Shown: piece by piece, positions 14,410 to 28,500 of the stretch | How the letters are laid out: every line of letters starts with the position of its first letter | Position numbering within the stretch: the first letter of the stretch is position 1 | Source: the human T2T-CHM13v2.0 reference genome, Homo sapiens | DNA length: 64,000 nt | NCBI RefSeq assembly: GCF_009914755.1 | Contig: NC_060935.1 | Direction: 5' to 3' (one strand) | Position numbers and translations under genes: made by a program | Notes under the pieces: model-generated | The model's database searches: none | Told to the model about the DNA's origin: nothing | Seen by the model: the letters and a program-made list of their open reading frames with translations, nothing else

Positions 14410-16759
14410 GAATATCATAGAGCACTAAAACATCACTGGAAATAAAACTTAATGGAGCAAACCGTATTGGACAGAAATCTTGTCATGGAGAAGAAAACTA
14501 GTAGTTGAAAAATATTTTCTAGCTGCTGAGCATGAGGATGAGAACCCTTAGGGGGATGGTTGAGTCACAAGAGTTTCTCTCTAGAGTGCCTTTAGGAGTA
14601 GATGGGTCCTGTTGCTTTCCATCTTTGTTTGTTTTTGTCAGATGGGGGGGGTATGATGGAATCAAAAGTGGATTGCTCTCCATACCAGCCGAGAGATTGA
14701 GCTTCGGCATCCATGTCCCCTGCCAGTCCTTCATTCCATTCTCAGAGCATACTCTAAACACGCATTGGAGAAAGCTCAAAAACTGTAATTCAAACAAGCA
14801 TCAAATTATTAACCTCTTAGGTTATCTTTATTCTTTAGGCATTTGAACTTCAGAATTATGTTAAGCAATTGCCTAGTTTACAAATCCTTCCTATTTGGGC
14901 ACCTGTCTTGCTTTCCTTAGCTGCCCCGCTTCTGCCTCTGTGCATGCATGCATTTCACCACCACTACCTCCCCGATTCCTTTTCTAAATATTTGTTTATC
15001 TTATTTCTCTACCAAGTTTGAGTTCCATTAACACAGTAATTTGTCTTATTTATCTCTGTACTCCATTGCTGGTGTCCTGCATAATGCATAATATGGGTGT
15101 AATAAATATTTGCTAGATAATTTTCTACTGAAAGAAAAAATCCTAGTGACTTGTTTAGTAATTCACACCTACTACATCTAAGAAAATCTAATGCACAGAT
15201 CAGACATCAAATAAATATTTGTTGAACGTCTATATCATCATCTGATCCCTTGTTCCTTTAAATAATTTTCATTTCTTCTAACAAGAGCAAATCATTTTCT
15301 TCCCTTTTCTTCGAATAGTCTCTTTTGCTATTCTTGTCTTTCAGAACATCCAGAAGTGCCTTCGTTTTTCAAAACTCTGAAGTGTCTTCAAAAATGTGTT
15401 ATTTATAGACTAATTGGCAAAACCATAGAGGTGCTATGATGGCAGCTCAATTTCTGGGTACAGTCTTATTTGGTTCATGATAATTTGACAAGTTGGCATG
15501 TTTGAGGTTAATGAGAACATTCATTTTAAGTGACATACTAGACATTTAGGGGAGCAACAGTCACACTAATGAGGAATTACATGTTATACACACTGCAGAG
15601 TCTTTGCAACTTTTCTTTAAAAAACATCATGAATGATTAGCTCTGCTTAACTCTAGACCATACGAGAAAGGGCAAAATCCAGACTTCTAAAGAGAAACAG
15701 GATGTATCTTTTGTTATAAATATTTTATTGTATATCATTACTCATATAACTATTCACATATGAATATACTAGAATATTTAACAAATTGTCAGATGTGGCC
15801 ATTATCATAGGCTTTCTGTGAAAATGACAGCTACAAATATAGGCTGATCTGAGTGTATTAGCGGGATGTATCTTAATAACTTAATGTGGGAGGTAGAAGC
15901 TTGAGGTGATAGCCTAGGTGGGCAAACATGGCCATTGTCCCCTGCCTTGTGTGGAATCACAAAACAGAATTAAAGTATTTGCCTGCATTACACTGAATAT
16001 AATTGTTTATAATAATACCAGGGAAATGTCACTGGTCCTCATAAATATCCTTTTCAAATGAGCTAACCTCTCTGAATATCGAGAAGCAACACTTTTACAA
16101 AGGCATTCAGTTAGAGAGCCAAATGGCATTCAAGTTAGGCCCATGGGAAGAAATAATTCAACAAGATATCATTTACTAAAAAAATATTTACTAGCACCTA
16201 CTACATGACAAGCACATTGCCAGGTGCTAGAGAAACAACAGTGAACGGCAGACTTCCTGTCACTGTCCTCAAGGAGCACATAATTTAGTGGGAAGAACTT
16301 GCAGTTCCAGTAAGCTCAAGGTTAACATATTAGTGGGTAAGAAACTCTACAGATGAAACTAGAACAAGCGAATATTGTCAAAAAGAGACAAATCTGGTTC
16401 TTGTTGGGTAACTGGAGCCTACTGATAATTAGTTTTATGAAGATCTTTGTGTTAATATTGGGTATTTTTTAAGAAACAAAACAGAGATATATAGCCTCTG
16501 TTTGAAGCACAAGTTCAGTCATTTTTCCAACTTGGCAAAAGCTTTATTTTAAGTCCAACTTCTTGTGCTTGTAATTAATGATCTTGCTTGCCACTTCTTC
16601 CGCTCGTGTGTGGACATACTTGACAAAGTGTATATGTAAAGAGAGGTCTTTGAGATCACCATATTTAAGTATACACATGGAAAGCAGTAATAAGGGTAAC
16701 TAGCGTTTGTATTATGACTTACTATTGACAATGTGCTCTGAATATGCATTATTGCAGTG

Positions 16760-16920
16760 GCTTCTGACCCTAGCTGGGTATCAGAATTCTGTGTGCAGGT
16801 TGTTAAAATCACCTATACCTAGACCCCAGCCCTGTAGATTGTGTTTCAATGGGTCAGGAGATGGTATTTTTCAGCAGCCTCATGGATGATTTTGAATTGT
16901 TGTCAGGGTTGAAAAACCAT
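16760..16920. mobile_element. MER5A-like hAT-Charlie MITE
   Basis: 'cagtggcttctgaccctagctg..tatcagaat...ttgttaaaat...tttcagcagcctc..gatgattttga...agggttgaaaaacca'. Confidence 0.6.
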
Positions 16921-16999
16921 CATTTTTTGTAATTTCTTTTTCTGCTGTGCCCCTGAGAAATAGGCTTTATTAATGTGCCATGAACTTTCATGCTTTGGT

Positions 17000-17450
17000 G
17001 TTTAGAATGGTTCTCCTGAGGCACCTCCTCGGGGAAGCCTTCCCTAATCACATCTTCCACCAACACCTTCACCACCCAGGCAGATCCAAATCACAAACAT
17101 GCACCTTCAACATACCTTTGCTTTGTCATCTTATTGTGCTGTAATTTTTATCTTCGTTGCTTATATGTCTCTCCTACTTACTTTTGAGCCCTTTAGGGAC
17201 ATGCACTATTTTTTTTTTTATCTTTGTATCTTAAGAATGCAGTACATTACTTGGACATGATAGAAATACAATTAATAATGATAATAATAATACATTGTGC
17301 TTATCATGTGCCAGAAACTATTTATATAGCATTGTATATGCATAAAATGATTTAATATCCATGCCAACCATGTGATGTAAGTGAGGTAAGTACTGTTGTA
17401 TCCCTATTTACAGATGAGGAAATTGGGGTACAAAAAGCAACCTAATGACA
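17000..17450. mobile_element. L2 3' fragment (+) followed by MIR (-)
   Basis: 'cacctcctcggggaagccttccctaatcac...tctttgtatc' (L2), then 'atccctatttacagatgaggaaattgggg' (MIR core). Confidence 0.65.
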
Positions 17451-18776
17451 CACTGCCTGTTTAATGAAGGTGCTAATATCATGTCCATATCACAGAATGA
17501 AAAAAAATGCTTTTCATTTTACAAATGAGGAAGCTGAAACTCTTCTAATCATACCAGTCCTTGAAGTGTTGGCCATTTATACCATGGTTTAGATACTTGC
17601 TCTTACAATAATTACAAATACAATCAAGAGATCTGGAGTTTGGGGGATTCTCCCAATTCAGTATATCCTGTGTCTGATGCTTCTTCTAGATTGTGCTATT
17701 CCCTCTGTTAAATGAGGGAGGCAGAAGACACCAGCTGAGCCACTGCAGTGCATGTGCCTCCAGTTGAAAATAGATGATGGTAACGAGCAGTGCCAGCCAT
17801 CTGTTGACATACTGATGAGCCACTGAAAAAAATGGAGTGCATTTGTTCACATTTCCAGATTATTTAAAAATAAGGAGCAATGGGAGTTATTAAATTGGGC
17901 AATCTGGGTTCTAAGTAGCATTTATATACTTTTTTTTTCCTGGATGCCTTCTTTAAAATTAAATTTTTAATAACCTTTAAGCTTTGCAGCCTTGAGGGAA
18001 TAATTTCTTTCACAGTAGTTCAAAGGTTTAATTTCACAGTAAAGCTTTTGAAATATGGTATTATCCCTTTTGTTCTAGAAAATTACTGTTTAAAAAAATC
18101 ATATTTCAAAGTAATGATTGTAATGAGAAAAAGATATGAAGCCCAACTTCAAAAGGGAAAAATGATAACCTCGCCTGTGATGTCCTCTAGTGAGCCTTTC
18201 CCTCATGGATTCTAATTTGTAACAATTCGAAAAATCTTTGGAATTGTGCAGCCTCTGCCCAGTTATACAGGCTGGGCTGCAGTCTAGGAAAGGGGGGTTT
18301 CTATAGACATAATCGAAGCTATTAGCTTTCTTATATAAATAAAATGCAGTATGTCTTCAGTCCTGCTGTGTGTGTGCTTTCTACAATGCTACTTCCAAAT
18401 AATGTTATCTGTGGAGTTCTAAAGACATTTTCTTGAACGTTAAAGTCGTGTGTGTAGTTGCAGAAGAGACGGTGGAAATTTTCAATTGCAGGAGAGCCTG
18501 ACAGGGAAGGGGAAGAGAACTAATAAATATTGAGCATCCAGCTTGTGCTAGACACTGTATGCTGGGCTTCACATATATATTATCTTTTATCATCTTCGCA
18601 GCAGCCCTCTGAGATAAGTGTACTATTAGTCTCATCATATTGATGGTAAAGCCTCATTCTACAAGGGATGCTGCTCACCTTCTTACTTTAAAAATAAAAA
18701 TCCTCACTGCAACTTTTAGTTCTAAGTCCCACGGCCCAGTCCTCACTCTATAACAGTACTTAAAGGGATTTATTAA

Positions 18777-19074
18777 TTTTCTTTTCTTTTTTTTCAAGAT
18801 AGTCTCACTCTGCTGCTCAGGCTGGTGTGTAGTGGCATGATCTCAACTCACTGCAATCTCTGCCTCCCAGGTTCAAATGATTCTCATGCCTCAACCTCCT
18901 GATTAGCTGGGACTATAGATGCATGCCATCCTGCCCAACTAATTTTTGTGTTTTTAGTAGAGACGGGGTTTTGCCAGGTTGGCCAGGATAGTCTTGAACT
19001 TCTGACGTTAAGTGATCCACCCACCTCTGCCTCCCAAAATGCTGGGATTACAGTGTAAGCCACCACACCCAGCC
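18777..19074 (-). mobile_element. Older Alu (AluJ/Sx-like)
   Basis: Full dimer with decayed CpGs; 12-bp TSD GGGATTTATTAA at 18765-18776 and 19076-19087. Confidence 0.93.
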
Positions 19075-19099
19075 TGGGATTTATTAACTTTCAAATTAA

Positions 19100-19192
19100 T
19101 CCTCATTATTACACATTGTATGCCTGTATCAAAATATCCCATATATCCCATAAATATATACACTTACTCTATACCCACAAAAATTTTTAAAA
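19100..19192 (+). mobile_element. L1MA extreme 3' end
   Basis: 'attacacattgtatgcctgtatcaaaatatcccatatatcccataaatatatacacttactctatacccacaaaaatt' is a typical L1MA terminus. Confidence 0.8.
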
Positions 19193-19969
19193 AGACATAA
19201 AATGGACTAATGAAGAAAGGCTAATGGAATGAGAACTATACATGCATAGCAGAAATAGAGCCATATACATTTAGTAAAAATCGTACTGCTGTTAGCTACT
19301 AAAGGATCAAAATGTAGGGGGATGTGGGTAACAGATAGGGACACCAGACAAAGACTCAGAATGAATGGATACCATTTCTTGGCCTGCAAAATCTTGGACA
19401 AATCACTGATATTATCTTTGCTTCAATTCATGCACCCAAGCAATGGGTGCGAAAGATATGCAATGTTACAGTCAAATAATAAAGGGAATAAGAACGGGAG
19501 GAGGTTTTCTGAACTATGACCTACCATGCTAAAGATACCCATGGTAGTTCACGCAGGCTCTGTGTATGTGGATGGGTGATCATTGATTGTTAAATGTTTT
19601 CAACACAGTATTTCTCATTCTTCATTGGAAAGATTAATTCAGACATTTTTCCCACAACCACACTCCAAAATCCTTAGTGCAGAGATTATCTTTTGTTCAT
19701 CACTATATTTATCATGTATTATATGCTCAGTACCTGTTTGTTGAAATTGAATATTGCATTTCTATTTATGCATTAATATATTAATTCAATTAGCATGAAT
19801 ATCTACTAAGAAGTGCAAGATAATCATTAGAATGGAGGAAATTTAATCTAGAAGCTTTAATGAAATAACACCTTGAATGTCTTATAGAAATATGGACTAT
19901 AGATTTTAATGTCATAAACTTTATTTTTGCTCTTCTGTATCATTTAAACTTTGGCTTACATAATAATAA

Positions 19970-20330
19970 TAAGATCTAACTTTTGAATACATACTATTTG
20001 CCATGTTCTATGATAAGCAGACTGCATGCATTGTCTTATTAAAACCTCCCAATAACTCAAAGATGTTAATAGTACTATTATAAATATTTAGGAAACTGAG
20101 GCTTGGAGAGGTTAAGTAGTTCAAGGTCACAGTAAATATAGATGTTAAGATTCAAAATTATTTCTCTCTGATTCATAACTATATCTCTCTGATTCATTTA
20201 TTTATTCATTCAACAAACCTTTATTAAGTTCTTGCTGTGTGTCAGATGCCATGGTAGGTATTGGAAATACAGTAGAAAAATAATATAGGCACAGTCTTCA
20301 CACTTGTGAATTTACTGCCTAGCAGTAAAA
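19970..20330 (-). mobile_element. MIR followed by L2 3' end, both reverse
   Basis: 'aggaaactgaggcttggagaggttaagt' (MIR) and 'attcattcaacaaacctttattaagttcttgctgtgtgtcag' (L2). Confidence 0.7.
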
Positions 20331-20847
20331 GAAAGCTATTAGGCAAGCTATTAACAAGCTATTAGCTTGTTATATTTGAAACATATATAAAAAATTTTCT
20401 TCTTTCTGATAGCTTCCTTATGGAGATAGCATGGGGATGTACTCTTTTATTCATTTCATCTTCAAGGAGTCATTTATCTCAACTAATTTACTGCTTAGCT
20501 TCGATATTCTCAGCCACTAATTTAGACCTTAATGTTTAAAATGATACCTATCTATATTCAATTTTAAATATCATGAAACTATAATACATCATCTAAAAAC
20601 AATAGAGTGGCTATTAAATACATGTGCTCTCATGACCCTAGATTGGTCTCCAACAGGCATATCTCAGAAAGGAGTGTCTTTGCTGGTGGAAGGACTGGGT
20701 TTCCTAGATTGATACATTTCAACCTTGTAACATGTCAACCTTTTCCGATAATTTCTTGTCTCTGAACCAAGAAGCCCTGTTTGGTAAATGTAAACATATG
20801 AAATTTAGATAGAAAGAGCTCCTACTGTGATCTATATTATGGGTGGT

Positions 20848-21690
20848 TGTGGTATATAATTAAATGTATGTATTTGGTCTTTGTTCCTGGTTCCTGGAGG
20901 AGAGTTCCTAAAAACCCCTGGAATTTCCTGAGGGACAACAGTGACTTTTGTTACTAATAATCTGACTAATAACAGGGACTTTTGTTACTAATAATGAGTC
21001 ACTAATAATGAGCTAATAATATCTCAGTTAATGTTAATGAGGTAACTCTTAGCAGGCCCCTAGATAGCTTCAGGATAGGGGCTGGTCACCAGAGAAGCCA
21101 ATACTGTGATTAGAGGGTTAAAGCTCTCAGCTCCACCCCAACCTCCCTCTGTGGAATGGAAAGGGCTGGACATTGAGTTCAGTTGCCAATGTCCAATGAT
21201 GCAGTCAATCTTGTCTGTGTAATGAAACTTTGATGAGAACTCTGAAACAAAGATTTGAGGGAGCTTCAATGCTGGTGATGTGTGAATGGGTAGCATTCTT
21301 AGAGAGGATCTCACAGCTGTGTACACCTGCTCCTCCATGCCTTGCCATATGCATCTCTTTCATTTAAGTGTTCCTGAGTTGTATCCTTTATAATAAACCT
21401 GTAAGTACAGTATAGCACTTTTCTAAGTTCTGTGAGTTGTTTTAGCAAATTATCAAAACTTATTTGCCTATCATGTGAAGGGAGCCCTGAATTTGTAGTT
21501 AGCCAGGAGAATGTGCAGGTAGCCTGGGCACTCCATTTGCAGCTGACATCTAAAGTGGTGACAGTCTTGTGGACTATCTGTGGGGTCTGCCAGTCCGGGT
21601 AGCTTGTTTCAAAATTGAATTGAATTAAGACAATTTGTGTGTGAGAATTGGTTTGTGTTGGAACGATGTATTTGAATTGTTTGGGAAAAC
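20848..21690 (+). mobile_element. MER21 (B/C-like) solo LTR
   Basis: 'tatttggtctttgttcctggttcctgg..agagttcctaaaaacccctggaatttcctgag', 'ccctagatagcttcaggataggggctggtcaccagagaag', polyA signal 'tataataaacc' at ~21389. Confidence 0.85.
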
Positions 21691-24314
21691 TGTAGAGTGG
21701 TAGAAGTTAAACTTGGTTTCACCAAAGGGTCATGACCAGGCTTAAATTCTGATACTGTCATTTAGAATTTGTATGACCTTGGACAAGTTACTTGATTTCT
21801 TGTATTCTCTGTTTCCATAAAATTGAAATGTTCAAAAGATAATTGTTAGAAAGATTAAATTAGTTATTATAAATATAGGGTTTTTCTCAATAGCTGACAC
21901 CTAGTATTTAGTAATTTTTAATTTTACTTCTCTTTTTTCTCCCCCCACCAATATAAGTTCTAGAACAGGCTACTTAGTAATAGCTCAGAAACCCCGTAAG
22001 TTTCTAATTATACATATTATATTAGAGAAACTTCAACATTTCTCTATGAACTGATATCTTTCAGAATGTCACATACATCTAGAAGAGGAATAGAAAAATT
22101 AAAACTTTATTTCAATCTCACGTGTCATGTATATTTTCCTGATTTTCTAGATGAGGATGTTGCCCAAGGAATGAAGAGACTTGGTTGATGTCATAAGGTT
22201 TCTCAGCGGTTGTAAAGTCCTTTGTTTTCAGCCTGTGACTCAGCCTGTATATTTCTCCTGGCACAGTTTATAGCCTAGTGTCAGACCATGTGTCCTCGTT
22301 TGGGGTTTGGAAAAAATAGTCACCAGTTTAAACTATATGACAACTAAAATGCAAAAGATAGTGTAAGAAATGGCACTGAATTAATTAACATTTACAACAT
22401 ATTAGCTATGGGATATGTTTTTCCAGGGGCAAGAGGTAGAAATAAAGGGGTAGAGTGCGTCCAATAAAGAGTTAGAGGTGCCTTTAAGGTGTAACCACTT
22501 AAGTTCTTACAAAACCAGCTTCTCTGATAAGACAGACCAGCCAGCTCTACGTGTTTTGCAATTTTCAATACACAGTTCCGCTTTCACACTTCAACAATTC
22601 ATTTTCTAGCACTTAGAATCCAGAAACCTGCTTTCACTGATGTAGCTAAAATTCAAGGAACATAGTTTAATAGCAAACATCTCCACTTATCTCATCTCAT
22701 TCCCTAGTAAATTGTGTTGGAAAACATGTGTAAACAATACCAAGCAAACGGAGCATTTATGGTCTCCTTTAGAATGTGTTCTATTTGAATTCTAGATTTA
22801 GTGACTTTTAGAGGGTAGCCACTTTCCATAATAAAAATGCAAAGCTTTCTAAAATGAAGTTTCTAATACTATCATAGAATCTTCAAACTTAGATTCAAAT
22901 AGAACTAACATACATAGAGCATCCAATTTGTTCGTGTACTGCTCTGAATGGTTTCAATCTCTGTGTAGCAGGTATTATTGGTATTATTGCCTTCATTTCA
23001 TAGACAAGGTGCCTAAAACTGGTAGAAGTTAAATTATTTTTCTAAGGTTGGAGTTGAAATAGAGCTTAGAGGTTGCCTATTCTCAGGTTTGTCCCATGGA
23101 AAAAAAATTGCTAAAACATTTTTGAAAGGATAAATCCTAATAGGCTTGGATGCTTCCTACAATGAGGAATTAGTTACTAACTTTACACTTTAGGAAATAC
23201 ATATGAAGGTTAAAATTATCATGACACATTCCAGAAGTTGCTTCTACTCTGAAAAGTCATTAATTCTATCAGAGATACCTTCCAAGAACAAGGTGCCAGT
23301 ACATATTTAACATATTTTCTTATGTTCAAATATTGAACAATAACTGGATACGTCAGATAAATAAAATAATCCTAAAGAGGTCTTCTTTCCAATGATTTTA
23401 AGTATTAGGAAAATAAAACAAATGCCTGAGAGTGTATGAGGTGCCCTTTAAGTTCATACATGCCATACACATGATCACAAATATTTTGTTCCTCAAAGAA
23501 ACGGAAAATGATTTACTGAATAATGTATTTAGTGATATTTAGATACTATAAGCAACGATGAAAATTCAGTTTCATTGTTTGTCAACATAGCTCTAAAGTA
23601 ATCCAGGTGGAACTACTGCTGAGTGAAAAAATTAAGATAATCATCTATGTAAATTACCAATGTTAAACAGGCTATGACAAACCATCGAGGTGTCCCCTAT
23701 GATATAAAAGTGATGTTATGGTTTATCAGCTGTCTTGTTAATATCAATAATGTTATCCATGATTTAGCCTTTGCAAGTCATTACTTACTTAGTATTAATG
23801 CAACTAATTGCAGTAAGGCAGCTAATAATAATAAGCATCCACTTTGTACTAGACACTTGGATGGCTAATATGCACATTTTACATATTTTACCTCCACACC
23901 TTATAAAACATTGGTAAGATCTTTTCTAATCTCACAGTTTCATAGACAGATCACCACAGCTCAGAAAAGTCAAATAACTCTTAAGTAACATTGGCAAAAT
24001 CTGTCATACTCTTACAATTTCACAGATGAGGAAACCAGAGCTCAGGATAGTCAAGACTCATCTGGTCAGAACCTGATGAGTTAAACCCATCTCTTTGGCA
24101 CTAAATAAAGGGAGGGCTTCATTCCTCACTGCCACTTTTCAGTATTTGAGATGATAAGAGCAAATCTCAGTATAATAAAGGAGTGCATTCATCCCTAAGC
24201 AAACAGAGCTCTTAACTGAATGTTCAGCACATTAAAAACGTGAATGTCTATCAGATTAACATGTCCTATATGGACTGTGACATCAATGGCAATCTGACCA
24301 CTGAAGCTTCCTAT

Positions 24315-24682
24315 TTGTGGTGTGGAATTGTAAATCAGCGAGACTATATTTCTGGAGACCCTCTAATCTAGATAGAACTGAGTTCTGGCCAAGTGATATG
24401 AATGAAAGAGATGAATAACACTTTCAGGTCTGGACCATAAAACCCCCTGACTACTGCTTCATTGTCTCCTATTTGTTTATGCTAGCTGGCTGTCAAAATC
24501 CAGGGTGATCTTAAAACCCAAATATTGAAAAAGATGAACTCTCTATCAACTAGGTTCTTCAAGCACAACAACCCTCCTCTACCTCCACCTTCTGCGGACT
24601 GATCTCTGAGAAAAAATTTCTCTTATAGCAAAACACTGAGACTTGAGAGTTTATTTCTTAGAGTAGTTAGTGATATCTAATA
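24315..24682 (+). mobile_element. Old MaLR LTR (MLT1I/J-like)
   Basis: 'actgagttctggccaagtgatatgaatgaaagagatg..cactttcaggtctggacc...aaaacactgagacttgagagtttatttc'. Confidence 0.6.
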
Positions 24683-25026
24683 GACATTACAAGACATACA
24701 TAATATTTCCAGAATATAGTCCAGATCTACACAGGTCAAACCAATTTTGTGGAAGAGAAAAATATCGTAATAAAATTAATTTTCTAAAATTTTCTTTTAG
24801 GAAAGAATTTTTAACTTTGGTCAACAGACTAAAGAAAAAATATTACTTTGAAATGATGAACGACTGTAACTTTGGATGGCACTTAGCAGAACTATTAATA
24901 AGAAAGCCACTACTTTTCAGTGTTCTTGGAAATAGGAAGCAGAATTAGTCTGTTTCAGGGATTGGAGATAAAGCAAAATGTCAAAAGAAAATGATAATAT
25001 ACCACAGTGAGATTGTGGTGTGTTTA

Positions 25027-25060
25027 GCAACAACAACAACAAAAACAACAACAACAACAC
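25027..25060. repeat. (CAA)n microsatellite
   Basis: caacaacaacaacaaaaacaacaacaacac seen directly. Confidence 0.9.
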
Positions 25061-26879
25061 AACCAGATTTTGAGTAAGACTTAAAAAGTCAAAGTTATAC
25101 AGTTGAATCAGCCTCTTTTTTTCTCTCCTTCTCTCTCTCTTTTTATTTCTTTCTTACCATCTTAAAAGTAGGTTAAAAATGTTGACCATGCTAAAAACAA
25201 CACAACCATCTATTGAGAACCTTCGATGTTCTAAAAAATATTGTCACATCCTTTACATGTTATTGTAATGGTAATACTTAAAACAGCACCATAAAGAAAG
25301 TATTAATTTAGCCACTTTATAATTAGGGAAACAGAAAGATTAAAGGAGATGCCTGTAGTCAAATGGCAGGAATGGGTGAGAACCAAGATATATTTGCCTA
25401 ATTATCCTCCTCTACCCAAAACACCTCAGGCTTCCATCTCCAACAACATGAGGACTCTGTTCTCTGCATTTTCCCTTGTGCCTGTCCAAATGGTGAAACT
25501 AGTGGTGTTTAAGGAGCTGCCTACTACGTAGCCATTCTGTAGAATTTGCATTTGTTGGTCACTCTTCTTTAGGCAGGCCTCGTACCCCCATCTTCTTGGT
25601 CTCTTCCTAACTGTACCTACTTCTGGGCCTCCTTCACTTTTTTCTTTCCCAAAAGACTTGACCCACTGCTCTTCTTTCTAGGAAAATTTCAGTTTCTCAG
25701 GTCCCCACACAATTTGTCAGCAATACTTGGAACATTTTTTCCCTCAGTGGAGTGTCATTATTGAATTTATGTTTGAAGCTCGTATATTCGAAGATAAGAA
25801 ATGCATTTTATTCTTTATATACAGTCGGTATTTTATGTTGCACACTTATGCAAAGGACATGTTCTATATAAATCTTATAAATGAAAATGTGAATGTGAAC
25901 ATGCAAATCTGGTAACACTGTGAATTGAGATATAAATAGAGGAGTCAAACACATGAAACATTTTCTTCAAGTCAGGAAAAATAGATCAAGGGAGACAGAA
26001 AAAGATTTGCTTCAGTGCTTGGGACCTTGTTTTTTGCCAAACTCAAGAAATGCAAACAACAATATTGACTTTGTAAGGTCAAAGTTACTGAGTTTTAAAC
26101 AAAATGACTGCGGTGGAAGGAATATTTTTTGATGTACATCAAAAAAGGAAAAACATATTCTTAGAAAAAAAGCTACAGCTTGCAGGTCATTAGCATTTTA
26201 ATCCTTAGACAAATAAAAATATTTTTAAAACTATTCCATAGGGTTATAAGAAAAGAAAATTAAAATTTTTAAGGGCCTACAATGTTTCAGGAATTTTATT
26301 AAATTATTTAATCATGAAAGCCCTTTGAGAATAATTAATATATATTTTATACATAATATTTATATTACATTATATTTATATATTAAGTATATTTTATATG
26401 ATTATGTTTTATATGTCATATATATAAATTTTAAAGAGCAGAAATTTGAGTTTATGGCTGAGAAGTTAGGTGATTTGCCCCAAGCCTTAAAACTGGTGAG
26501 AGGCAGGATTGCGATTGGAAATTAAATCTGACTAACATGGGCAAACATTATAACTTTAAATAAAATGAGTTAAAAATCACTCTTCAATATTCAGCCTCTG
26601 AAAACTGCATTTATGATCTTGATAATCTGCAAATTTTATAGCATACAACTCTACAGTCCTTCTGTGGACACTATAAACACTTAGATATAAGATATGTTGC
26701 ATTTATTATTCTTTGCTATGATATTTCTGTTCCCAAACCAACCTTTGATATCTTTATTCATGTATCCCCTATGATATAACAATTTGATTTATACCACCAA
26801 CATGCATGCAATATGAGGTATGATTTCCAATGGTACCATATCATCTTCAAAACAATGAGAGAGTGGAAAATAGAAATAG

Positions 26880-27112
26880 AACATGGCATGTAGGGCCAGC
26901 TGCCTTGGTTAAAACTCTGGCTTAGTCACTTGCTCTCAGTGTGATCTTGGAAAAGTTGCTTCAACTTTTGGTGCTTCAGTTTTAAATCCTGTAAAATGGG
27001 GATAATTATAGTTTGTAACTCATAGAGTCGTGAGAATCTAATAACTTCATATAAGAAACATGCTTGTGACAGTGTTCTGCTTAAAACAGATGTTTAATAA
27101 AGGTTAATTATT
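26880..27112 (+). mobile_element. MIR SINE
   Basis: 'gtgtgatcttggaaaagttgcttcaacttttggtgcttcagttttaaatcctgtaaaatgggataat'. Confidence 0.75.
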
Positions 27113-27129
27113 ATTCTCAAATTATTTTT

Positions 27130-27645
<516 letters not shown>

Positions 27646-28500
27646 TTGCAAAGGTTATACTGTCATATTTCCTCTTCTAGCCCTTTCCAATACCTTTCTT
27701 ACACACAAACTTTATATCTAAACCTAGAAAATTATTCTCCACACCTTGGAAGCCTTGGACGACTCTGACTTTTCCATTAGAACCAAGATCTGTCCTTGCC
27801 TCATCTTGGAAGATTTCCTTGATTGTTCTAGGCATGGTTAATTGCTATTTCTCTAAACTCTCACAATATCCATGTATCTATCAGGGTATAAACTCTCACA
27901 ATATCCAGGTATCTATCAAGGTATATGACTTAGTAGAAATTCTTACTTATGTATCCAATTTTGACTTTTAAGCATAGTTTATTTGAAGACAAGAACAATA
28001 TTATATTAATTTCTATACTTCAAACAAGTTGTGTGCTCATAGTAGACACCCCAAACATAAATACATGTTGAAAAAATGGATGAATGAATTGGGATGACAA
28101 TTTGTTTCAAAACAATATAAGTGCAGCATCCATGTAAACTGGATCTTCACTATAATGTTTTCTGGGGTTTCTTGCAGTAAGTTTGCCTTTTATGTGATGC
28201 AATATGGTTAATGAGGTTCTTGTAATATTAACACTTTCAATGTAGTCTGCATTCTGTTGTATAATCACATATGCTGTAAGGAACTTTCAGGATATTTGAA
28301 ACAGAGTTGTGAAGAGTAAATCACAATATTTTGAAAAATAAAATTCTCATTTTTGAGGAAGAATGAAGGAAGAGAAAGAAAAGAAATAACAAGATTGGCT
28401 GCTTCTTATGTTATTGAGCGTCAGACCTGTTTCAGGCCTTTCATATTGACTTTCTCATTCAGTTTTTAGGTGAGACTCCGTTATCTCCAGCATCACAAAC

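Noticed and set aside
16627-16678. Pre-miRNA-like hairpin (gtgtata...tatacac)
   Set aside because: Only 7-bp and 5-bp stems separated by large unpaired regions; too weak for a Drosha substrate.
17805-17860. Hammerhead ribozyme core (CTGATGAG here, also at ~3628 and ~24073)
   Set aside because: None has a paired stem II followed by GAAA and a closing stem III/NUH site.
18316-20368. Same 13-mer AAGCTATTAGCTT at 18316 and 20356
   Set aside because: Tens of repeated 13-mers are expected by chance in 64 kb, and the flanks share no similarity.
25158-25190. 33-nt minus-strand exon candidate (gtttttag|...GATG|gtaaga)
   Set aside because: Isolated, AT-rich, next to a MIR-like fragment, with no recognisable peptide; indistinguishable from background pseudo-exons.
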